Assembly (NCBI GenBank): GCA_963703315.1
Contig: OY969811.1
Coordinates: forward strand, 2,784,001 to 2,848,000
Source: an uncultured cyanobacterium
GTDB lineage: Bacteria > Cyanobacteriota > Cyanobacteriia > Pseudanabaenales > Pseudanabaenaceae
Reading direction: 5' to 3'
Length of the DNA: 64,000 bases
The position numbers were made by a program, and so were the translations under genes. Of the stretch, positions 56,658-64,000 are shown piece by piece (position 1 is the stretch's first letter; every line of letters begins with the position of its first letter). The notes under the pieces are model-generated. The model searched no databases. It saw only the letters and a program-made list of their open reading frames with translations, and was not told the DNA's origin.

Positions 56658-57518
56658 ATGTCTTTTGAACTTATACCACTTCATCAAAATCATATTCCCG
56701 ATCTTGCACGCATCTGTCATGAGGCATTCTCACACCTGCATGACCGTCATAACATTCCCCGCGATATCCCAGATCTGGAAACTGGGATGATGATCATCTC
56801 TCATGTTGCTTCTCGTCCTGACTATACAGGAGTGGTCGCCACAATAGATGGGAAAGTAGTTGGATCTAATTTTTTGTTGCATAGCGATGAAGTTGCTGGA
56901 GTTGGACCGATTACTGTTGATCCAACTGTGCAGTCTCGCGGTATTGGTCGATCGCTTATGCAATGGGCGATCGCTGAATCTCATCGGCGCGGGATTCGTC
57001 AGACTCGACTCTTTCAAGAAGCAATCAACACAACCTCTTTATCCCTTTACACGTCTTTGGGATTTGAGTGGCGGAATTCTGCCGCATTGATGCAGGCTTG
57101 CCCAGCAAAAACTGATGATGCTTCCATTCGTCCTCTAACAGCAGATGATTTGGAGATTATCAAAACTCTCAGCATGAGTACCTATGGATTTTCCCGCGCT
57201 GGAGATGCATCACAACTTTTGGCAGCAAAGTTTCCAGCTTTCTTACGTGAACGAGATGGGCGTGCTGTTGGCTATCTCATTTCTAGTCTATTTGGATATG
57301 CAGGAGCAGAAACAGAAGATGATTTGCTGGCATTAATTGCCCACGCTGCTCGCCACGTTCCACCTGCACTGTCTGTATTTATCTGCCCCTTAAATATCCC
57401 TCATCTTTTCCATCGAGCTTTAGGTGAAGGTCATCGCACCATGAAGGTTGTCTCATATATGTCATTAGGTGAGTTTACTAGTCCTTCTGGTATCTATTTA
57501 CCTTCAATTCAATGTTGA
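56658..57518 (+). CDS. GNAT-family N-acetyltransferase
   Basis: VGPITVDPTVQSRGIGRSLM (motif A), SLYTSLGF. Confidence 0.88.
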   Translation: MSFELIPLHQNHIPDLARICHEAFSHLHDRHNIPRDIPDLETGMMIISHVASRPDYTGVVATIDGKVVGSNFLLHSDEVAGVGPITVDPTVQSRGIGRSLMQWAIAESHRRGIRQTRLFQEAINTTSLSLYTSLGFEWRNSAALMQACPAKTDDASIRPLTADDLEIIKTLSMSTYGFSRAGDASQLLAAKFPAFLRERDGRAVGYLISSLFGYAGAETEDDLLALIAHAARHVPPALSVFICPLNIPHLFHRALGEGHRTMKVVSYMSLGEFTSPSGIYLPSIQC

Positions 57519-57524
57519 AAATTA

Positions 57525-57577
57525 AAACCCAAGAAGTGAGTTGCGGCGCGAAGCGCCGCAACTCACTTCTTGGGTTT
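57525..57577. repeat. REP-like palindrome
   Basis: aaacccaagaagtgagttgcggcgc-gaa-gcgccgcaactcacttcttgggttt. Confidence 0.88.
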
Positions 57578-57651
57578 ATGTCCTAAGCAAAACTTGTATT
57601 GCTATATTTCTCTGGGTGTCAAAACCCAAAATGGCTATGCCATTTTGGGTT

Positions 57652-59202
57652 TTAGGTAATCCCTTGCAATGCTTGAATGGCTTGCTGTGTGCGCTTAATC
57701 CACTCCGCATCACGATTTTCTTCGTATAGCTTTAGTGCCTCTTGATAGGAGCGAATGGCATTACTCACTTCACCCCTGAGTGTATATAAAACACCTAATC
57801 CAAAATAGGCTTTCGCAAACTTCGGATTTAAATCGAGAGCTTTGAGATAGGCGGTTTGGGCTTCACCTAATTTACCGCGATCAGCATAGGCAAGTCCTAA
57901 GCTGGTATAGTCCACCCAGAGATCTTCTTTACCGATCGCAATGGTTTTTTGAAAAGCATCGATCGCTTCATCACTATTGCCTTGAGAACGCAAAAGATTA
58001 CCAAGATTACTATAGGCAACGGCATTTTTAGCATCAAGGGCGATCGCCTGACGAAACGCGCTAATTGCTTCGGAGTTGCGATTTTGATCGGACAAGACCC
58101 GTCCTAGATTGTTGTAAGCTGCCGCATATCTAGGGTTAATCGCGATCGATTTCTCATAGGCAGAGATCGCTCCTTCAAAATCACCTTGACGGCGTAAAGC
58201 TAAACCTAGACCGTTAAAAGTACTAGCGACCCTCGGATTAATCTCGATACTGCGTTTAAAAGCTTCAGTTGCTTCAGGAATGTTTTCTTCCCGTAATAAG
58301 GTACTGCCCAAAGCTGCATAAGCATCAGCATTGCGCGGATCTTGTTGACTGGCTTGCCGAAAAGTGGTGATCGCATTTTGGCGATCGCCTAATTGGTTAT
58401 AAGCCAAACCGAGGTTGTAATAGACATTTGGGAAATTAGGATCGATGCTCACTACTTTTTTATAGGCATCAATGGCTCCTGTATAGTCGCGCTCTTCATA
58501 TAGCGATATGCCCAAGGCGAAATGAGCTACTGCATATTGCGGCGCAAGTTCGAGCGCTCTACGATAGGCGGCGATCGCCTCTTTACGATTACCTTGACGA
58601 CGCAGTACTGTCCCTAAACCGTTATAGGCAAGGGCATATTTCGGGTCAGCCTCAATAGCTTTACGAAACGAGCCAATTGCCCCCTCAAGATTGTTTTGGC
58701 GCTCATGGGCTAAGCCTAAATTGTAATAAGCAGGGGCAAGATTAGTATCCGCCTTACTGAGTTGAATGAACTGGCTATAGGCATTGATCGCGCCAGTAGC
58801 ATCTCCCTTTTGATAAAGTGCAATCCCCAGTCCGTAATAGGCAGGTGTATAGTTTTTGTCAATGTTAATTGCTTGGCGATGAGCGTCAATTGCGCCTTGA
58901 ATGTCCCCCCGTTGGCGCAACGTTACTCCTAAACCATAATAAGCAGGTACAAACTCTGGACTCGCGGCGATCGCTTGACGATATAAGGTAATTGCGCGAT
59001 CGAGTTGATTCTGCTCTCGCAAAGAATTTGCTCTTTCTACCAGCTTGATCGGCGTATTTGCCAGTGGATCGCTTTGAGCAATCTGAATTGTCGTCGTAGG
59101 TAATGCTTGAGCTAAGGTGATTTGTTCAAGGACAGGAGATAGACTGCACATGAGCGGGAAAACACCCACTACTGCGATCTTCGTAATTGCGGTTTTGATC
59201 AT
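57652..59202 (-). CDS. Secreted TPR-repeat protein
   Basis: Signal-like N-terminus and many AYYGLG/AYNNLG...A...Y..A..DP TPR units. Confidence 0.93.
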   Translation of the reverse strand: MIKTAITKIAVVGVFPLMCSLSPVLEQITLAQALPTTTIQIAQSDPLANTPIKLVERANSLREQNQLDRAITLYRQAIAASPEFVPAYYGLGVTLRQRGDIQGAIDAHRQAINIDKNYTPAYYGLGIALYQKGDATGAINAYSQFIQLSKADTNLAPAYYNLGLAHERQNNLEGAIGSFRKAIEADPKYALAYNGLGTVLRRQGNRKEAIAAYRRALELAPQYAVAHFALGISLYEERDYTGAIDAYKKVVSIDPNFPNVYYNLGLAYNQLGDRQNAITTFRQASQQDPRNADAYAALGSTLLREENIPEATEAFKRSIEINPRVASTFNGLGLALRRQGDFEGAISAYEKSIAINPRYAAAYNNLGRVLSDQNRNSEAISAFRQAIALDAKNAVAYSNLGNLLRSQGNSDEAIDAFQKTIAIGKEDLWVDYTSLGLAYADRGKLGEAQTAYLKALDLNPKFAKAYFGLGVLYTLRGEVSNAIRSYQEALKLYEENRDAEWIKRTQQAIQALQGIT

Positions 59203-59457
59203 AGTTAATAGTGCTTATAGCTGTTTTCTGCCATGAAAAGAAGAATTATTGAGTTAGTAAAAGCAGAAATAATCATGAGCAGTAAGTTTACAAATTAGAA
59301 GAGCTAAGTCTTGATCGATCACACCACATCAATGACTTTAGCAAGGAAATCTCCTAAATCAAAAAATTCAGTAATTTATTGTATTTGTAACCTTAATGTA
59401 GAGTTTTATACATCAGCCATCTCTATCAAAATATAGCTAGCTGTAGCCAGTGTTAAC

Positions 59458-59500
59458 CAGAAGACGAGTGGCGGCGCTTTACGCCGCCACTCGTCTTCTG
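59458..59500. repeat. REP-like palindrome
   Basis: cagaagacgagtggcggcg-cttta-cgccgccactcgtcttctg. Confidence 0.85.
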
Positions 59501-59516
59501 ATTTTAGAAATATTTC

Positions 59517-60539
59517 TTAAAATGGTTTCCAATCTGGCGATCGCAGCATTTTGAAATGTTCGAGACGTTGATGGAAGTAACTGCGATCCAGTTTGCTGTG
59601 ATTATGCACGATCGCCGATTTGACACTGATTGCCCAAGACCAAATCTGGGCGACTTGCATCAGAGATTGCATACATTGCAGTTCGATTTCCGTAAGGGGC
59701 TGCGATGACTGATAACCATGCAAAAAAGCCTTACGGACACTAGGACTAATCCCTGCTTGTAAAGTCACTTGCAGAAATTTGGCAATATCAAAGGATCGCC
59801 AGCCATAACCGCACTGATCGAAGTCAAAGAGAGTAATTTCATTAGTCTCCGTAAAATGGACATTGCCACTATGCGGATCACCCCAGCACACACTCCACAA
59901 AGGGAAATCCTGCGGCAGATGCCGAATTTGTTCTTTAATTTGGGCGATCGCCTCATTCATATAGGACAGCGCTGCATCATTAAAAAATGGTGATAGATCG
60001 CGCAAGGAGTCATCTAGCAAATAGTTAATTGTCAAATGGGGACGCGCCGACTGACATTGAAAATCTTGGGCAGTATGGTGCAGTTTTGCCAAAGTTTCGC
60101 CTAATCTTTGTGCCTGTGATTTATTCAGATCTCCCACTGCCACTTTACCCGCCGCATGGGTAAATAGAGACGCATAGCGTTTACCCTCAAGGGCAGGAAT
60201 CTCGATCGCTAGCTGTCCATCCTTAGTCGCAAGGGGATAGGCTACGGGAATATAATTTTTATGCAGAAAGGCTAATAACTCTAACTCAAACTCAATCTCG
60301 GCGAGCGATCGCCAATGGGCATGGGAAACCCGCAACACATAGCGATGGGCATGGGTTTCTACTAAATAAATATCACTCAACCCCCGCATCCAAAATACGC
60401 AACTAGTAATTTCGCCAACGGCATAGCGTGACAAAACCCGATCAACTAATGCTTGTGGGGCAAGAGTAGAATAGGTAATCGGAAAGAGATGGTCAGGTGT
60501 ACTGGGAGAATGCTTGATAGACCAGTCTGCTACAGGCAT
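59517..60539 (-). CDS. Aminoglycoside-phosphotransferase-family / type II homoserine kinase-like protein
   Basis: YVLRVS, CWGDPHSGN, FDFD. Confidence 0.88.
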   Translation of the reverse strand: MPVADWSIKHSPSTPDHLFPITYSTLAPQALVDRVLSRYAVGEITSCVFWMRGLSDIYLVETHAHRYVLRVSHAHWRSLAEIEFELELLAFLHKNYIPVAYPLATKDGQLAIEIPALEGKRYASLFTHAAGKVAVGDLNKSQAQRLGETLAKLHHTAQDFQCQSARPHLTINYLLDDSLRDLSPFFNDAALSYMNEAIAQIKEQIRHLPQDFPLWSVCWGDPHSGNVHFTETNEITLFDFDQCGYGWRSFDIAKFLQVTLQAGISPSVRKAFLHGYQSSQPLTEIELQCMQSLMQVAQIWSWAISVKSAIVHNHSKLDRSYFHQRLEHFKMLRSPDWKPF

Positions 60540-60717
60540 AGCGATCGATAACTTGATGAATTTTGAGTGCTATTTCAGATATATCGCAGACTCGGAATTG
60601 AAAGTGTTTGTCAAAAACCAAAAGATATTTTTGTCATTTGCTTGGTGATGACAGTAGAGGCGTTACTTCGCGCTGTCTCTGCAATCTAGGTTTTATTTTC
60701 GGGTATTCTTAAATACT

Positions 60718-61428
60718 ATGCAAAACTCCTCATCCCCTCACCCCAGTTCCTCTAATAACGAAATTATTGTTAACGTCACCAATGAAAATGTGTCACGACG
60801 AGCGCGAGTACGTGAACACGTAAATCCCCTTGCCAAAAAATACAGCGTGGCGATCGCTCCACCCATCTGGACAGAAGTTTATGCCGATTGGTCAAAACCT
60901 CTCAGTCTGGATATTGGCTCTGCTAGAGGACGCTATATTTTGCAAATGGCACAACTCAAGCCCGACTGGAATTTTTTAGGTTTAGAAATTCGGGAACCGT
61001 TAGTTGATCGCTGCAATGAAGTGCGTGATGAATTGGGTTTCAAAAATCTGCATTACATTTTTTGCAATGCTAATGTGTCGCTAGCGGGACTCTTAACGAA
61101 AGGCTCATTGCATGAAGTCACGATTCAATTTCCCGACCCTTGGTTTAAGCGCCGCCAACAAAAACGCCGTGCCGTACAACCTGAATTAGTCTCGACTTTG
61201 GCGGAATTACTAGTTCCCAATGCCGATGTGTTTTTGCAGTCAGATGTCTATGATGTTGCAGAAGATATGCGTCAACATTTTGAAGCTAATCAGAATTTTA
61301 TTAATCTTGCAGGAACAGGTAACTTTGCTAATGATACGATTTTTCCTGAACATATTCCCACCGAGCGTGAAAGTTCGGTAATTTCGCAAGGTTTACCAGT
61401 CTATCGCGCCTATTTCAAACGCAGATGA
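60718..61428 (+). CDS. trmB: tRNA (guanine-N7)-methyltransferase
   Basis: RVREHVNPL, LDIGSARG, GLEIR, QFPDPWFKRRQQKRR, PTERE. Confidence 0.95.
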   Translation: MQNSSSPHPSSSNNEIIVNVTNENVSRRARVREHVNPLAKKYSVAIAPPIWTEVYADWSKPLSLDIGSARGRYILQMAQLKPDWNFLGLEIREPLVDRCNEVRDELGFKNLHYIFCNANVSLAGLLTKGSLHEVTIQFPDPWFKRRQQKRRAVQPELVSTLAELLVPNADVFLQSDVYDVAEDMRQHFEANQNFINLAGTGNFANDTIFPEHIPTERESSVISQGLPVYRAYFKRR

Positions 61429-61464
61429 TTTACTCTATTATCCAATTCTCTCTAAGGAAAAAGT

Positions 61465-62556
61465 ATGAACTCCACTTATAAAGCATTTTGGTTAGAGAAT
61501 GGTGATCTTGTTGTCATTGATCAAACTCAGCTTCCGTTTCGTAATGTCACGAAAACCCTGAAAACTAGTGCCGATGCAACCCTTGCGATCCAAGATATGA
61601 CCGTGCGCGGTGCGGGTGTTATCGGTAATGTCGCCGCCTTTGGCGTGTATTTAGCGGCTAGAGAAAGCAAGGGCGATCTTGACAAGATTAAAGCCCTCTC
61701 ATCCGTAATTCGCCGCGCTCGTCCCACTGCGGTCAATCTCATGTGGGCAGTTGATCGCCTGATTACAGTATTAGAAAAAGCAGCTATTAAAAAACTTGAT
61801 TTAGTAGAAGTTGCACTCCAAGAGGCGATCGCGATTGCCGATGAAGATGTAATTGGTACGCGCAATATTGGCAAATTTGGCTGTGAATTAATTGAGAAGA
61901 TCGCCAAGACTAAACCTAAAGGCGAACCTGTAAATATTCTCACTCACTGTAATGCAGGATGGCTGGCGATCGTTGATCGTGGCAGTGCCTTAGCACCAAT
62001 TTATGAAGCCAGCGATCGGGGGATTAACATTCATGTATGGGTAGATGAAACTCGACCTCGCAATCAAGGTGCAAATTTGACCGCATGGGAACTTGGTCAA
62101 TCCAAGATTCCCCATACGCTGATTGCAGACAATACGGGTGGACTATTGATGCAGTATGGGAAAGTCGATCTCTGTATCGTGGGAACCGATCGCGTTACCC
62201 GTAGTGGCGATGTTGCCAATAAAATCGGTACATATCTCAAAGCACTGGCTGCCTTTGATAATGAAATCCCTTTTTATGTAGCCTTACCAAGTTCTACCTT
62301 TGATATGCAAATCTCTAATGGAGTCAAAGAGATCGCGATCGAAACTCGGAGTGCAGATGAAGTCTTATATATGCAAGGTTTACAGGATGATGGCGCGATC
62401 GCTAAAGTCCGAGTTGCTCCCTTAGAAACCACAGCTTTAAATTATGGTTTTGATATCACGCCTGCAAAATTGGTCACAGGCTTAATCACAGAGCGCGGTA
62501 TTTGTGAAGCAGCAGAAACGGCGATCGCAGGGATGTTTCTCGATCTGATTCCATAA
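61465..62556 (+). CDS. mtnA: S-methyl-5-thioribose-1-phosphate isomerase
   Basis: DQTQLP, VRGAG, RPTAVNL, LTHCNAG, ETRPRNQG, DVANKIGTY, FDITP. Confidence 0.96.
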   Translation: MNSTYKAFWLENGDLVVIDQTQLPFRNVTKTLKTSADATLAIQDMTVRGAGVIGNVAAFGVYLAARESKGDLDKIKALSSVIRRARPTAVNLMWAVDRLITVLEKAAIKKLDLVEVALQEAIAIADEDVIGTRNIGKFGCELIEKIAKTKPKGEPVNILTHCNAGWLAIVDRGSALAPIYEASDRGINIHVWVDETRPRNQGANLTAWELGQSKIPHTLIADNTGGLLMQYGKVDLCIVGTDRVTRSGDVANKIGTYLKALAAFDNEIPFYVALPSSTFDMQISNGVKEIAIETRSADEVLYMQGLQDDGAIAKVRVAPLETTALNYGFDITPAKLVTGLITERGICEAAETAIAGMFLDLIP

Positions 62557-62558
62557 GC

Positions 62559-62585
62559 TAGAGATAGCGCTTAGCGCTATCTCTA
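62559..62585. terminator. Short palindrome between convergent genes
   Basis: tagagatagcgc-tta-gcgctatctcta. Confidence 0.7.
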
Positions 62586-62592
62586 TTTCTAT

Positions 62593-63120
62593 CTATTGTT
62601 TGACCAGTTGTACGGGTTTACCATCAGCTTGCAAAGTCTTACCATCTGCTAACAAGGTGTAGCTCTGAGGTGGTGAGACTTGTTGAGGTTTCTTGCCGTT
62701 AATAGTTTCTACTTGAGAAATCATCTTCCCATTCTTAATCAAAATTTTGCCTGTTGTGTTCAGCGATCTGGGTTTGCCGTCCCTAGCGATTATATTTAAA
62801 GTCGCTGAAAATGTACCATTAGGATTGATAATCCATTGTCCCGTCATTGATTGGAGTCCACTTTTCTTTAAGTTAGCCAGAAATTCGGAAGTGAAAACTG
62901 TTTTATAGGTTCCTACAAGTTTCGCAAGCTTTAGCTCCGATGACTGCTTTTGCTTGATGGTGAGAGTTGCGTCTTCTCTAGCTTGGACTGATTGCAGGGG
63001 GATAAATGGATTAAAATCGGCGATCGCTGAGATCGTCATTGTTAATGAAGCGATCGCCCCCCATAGAGCGAAACCTATTGGCGAAGAAGATGGCTGTTTA
63101 TATTTGTTGCTGATCATCAT
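62593..63120 (-). CDS. Secreted beta-barrel-like hypothetical protein (paralog A)
   Basis: Signal-like N-terminus. GQWIINPNG and QSYTLL.DGKTLQAD..PV.LV.Q are shared with the next gene. Confidence 0.8.
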   Translation of the reverse strand: MMISNKYKQPSSSPIGFALWGAIASLTMTISAIADFNPFIPLQSVQAREDATLTIKQKQSSELKLAKLVGTYKTVFTSEFLANLKKSGLQSMTGQWIINPNGTFSATLNIIARDGKPRSLNTTGKILIKNGKMISQVETINGKKPQQVSPPQSYTLLADGKTLQADGKPVQLVKQ

Positions 63121-63130
63121 AAACCTCGTA

Positions 63131-63234
63131 TAAGTAGCTAGGCACAAGTAAACTTAAAACCTAGAAGCTTGTGCCGCCCGCGTAGCGGGCGGCACAAGCT
63201 CTGGTTTTGGGTTTTAACTATGCTGAGCTACTTA
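63131..63234 (-). mobile_element. MITE-like element of about 105 bp, reverse orientation
   Basis: Ends are taagtagct and agctactta. The reverse complement aligns with the 17083 copy. Central hairpin has a gcgtagc apex. Confidence 0.75.
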
Positions 63235-63266
63235 ATTTACCATACAGAAAAAAGGGGAAAGTATTT

Positions 63267-63782
63267 TTATTGTCTGACTAGCTTTACAGGTTGATCATCT
63301 GCTTGTAAAGTCTTGCCGTCTGATAGTAGTGTATAGGATTGAGTTGGAGGAACTTCATCCAACTTTTTGCCATTCCTTGTTTCCACTTGAGACACTACCT
63401 TTCCGTTGATAATCCTAATTGTTCCTGTTGTTCTAATTACTTCTACTTCACCGTTGATGCTAACAGCCTTTAATTCTACCGTGAAGTAACCATTAGGATT
63501 AATTATCCATTGTCCTGAAACTGATGCAACTCCTTCTTCTTTTGCCTCCAGAAGTACTTTAGGGTCTATAACGATTCTATAAGTACCCGCAATTTTAACA
63601 ACTCTTGGTTGAGCTTGTTTTTGCTTGACAGAGATAGATAGATTCTCAGAAGCATGAACTGACAGAGAAGGCAAGAATGGAGTAAAAATAGATGTTACGC
63701 AGGTAATTGAAGCGATCGCTCCAAATAATAGAAAACCTAATTTCACAGACATTTTGGATGAAACTGTATTTGTGATCATCAT
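63267..63782 (-). CDS. Secreted beta-barrel-like hypothetical protein (paralog B)
   Basis: Clear paralog of 62593-63120. Confidence 0.8.
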   Translation of the reverse strand: MMITNTVSSKMSVKLGFLLFGAIASITCVTSIFTPFLPSLSVHASENLSISVKQKQAQPRVVKIAGTYRIVIDPKVLLEAKEEGVASVSGQWIINPNGYFTVELKAVSINGEVEVIRTTGTIRIINGKVVSQVETRNGKKLDEVPPTQSYTLLSDGKTLQADDQPVKLVRQ

Positions 63783-63840
63783 ACACTTGTCATAAATTTC
63801 TTCATAAAAGGAATCAGAAACGCAACATTTTGTCTCGATT

Positions 63841-64000
63841 TTAGACAATTTGAAAGTCTTCAATCTCGATGACATCACCGATCGCCGCAAGTGACATCAC
63901 ATCATCCCGAACTGTAGCAGTAACGCTAACCTTTAAGCCCTCTTGCAGAATTGATTCGGGCGCAGGTTGCCAAATCTCATACTGCTCATCGGTATCGGTG
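63841..64000 (-). CDS. 3' part of a small conserved hypothetical protein (5'-partial)
   Basis: Open frame TDTDEQYEIWQPAPESILQEGLKVSVTATVRDDVMSLAAIGDVIEIEDFQIV*. Confidence 0.6.
   Translation of the reverse strand, partial: TDTDEQYEIWQPAPESILQEGLKVSVTATVRDDVMSLAAIGDVIEIEDFQIV

Larger units (their letters stand above)
1..64000. repeat. HIP1 octamer GCGATCGC, highly iterated throughout
   Basis: Very frequent in core genes and intergenic DNA. Scarce in several AT-rich accessory genes (e.g. rloAB, the ATPase, 38250-39011). Confidence 0.95.

Overview
This is cyanobacterial chromosomal DNA with very dense HIP1 GCGATCGC octamers. The genes raf1, hli, cphB, bvdR and an SLH porin, plus overall style, suggest a Pseudanabaena-like strain. 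Housekeeping and signalling genes (a two-component/c-di-GMP cluster, thrB, aroE, carA, trmB, mtnA, arfB) alternate with three accessory defence-type blocks. (i) A DUF29 pseudogene plus an RloA/RloB (AbiL-like) pair at 7.6-10.2 kb. (ii) An island of about 7.7 kb at 17.3-25.0 kb. Its core is a three-gene operon: an RcaD-like winged-helix protein, a large P-loop ATPase, and a DUF1802/PUA-like + PD-(D/E)xK nuclease. It is flanked by toxin-antitoxin modules, each delimited by HIP1-containing direct repeats. (iii) A type ISP/IIG-like restriction-modification gene at 47.6-51.3 kb, cleanly split in two by an inserted two-gene cassette and carrying NHPY instead of NPPY, followed by more TA genes. Intergenic DNA is full of GC-rich palindromes and a MITE-like family of about 105 bp. 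One 38-bp repeat has inserted in-frame, with a 7-bp target duplication, into a Ser/Thr kinase. No rRNA, tRNA, CRISPR array or intact transposase/integrase was seen. All family assignments come from motif recognition by eye, not database searches.
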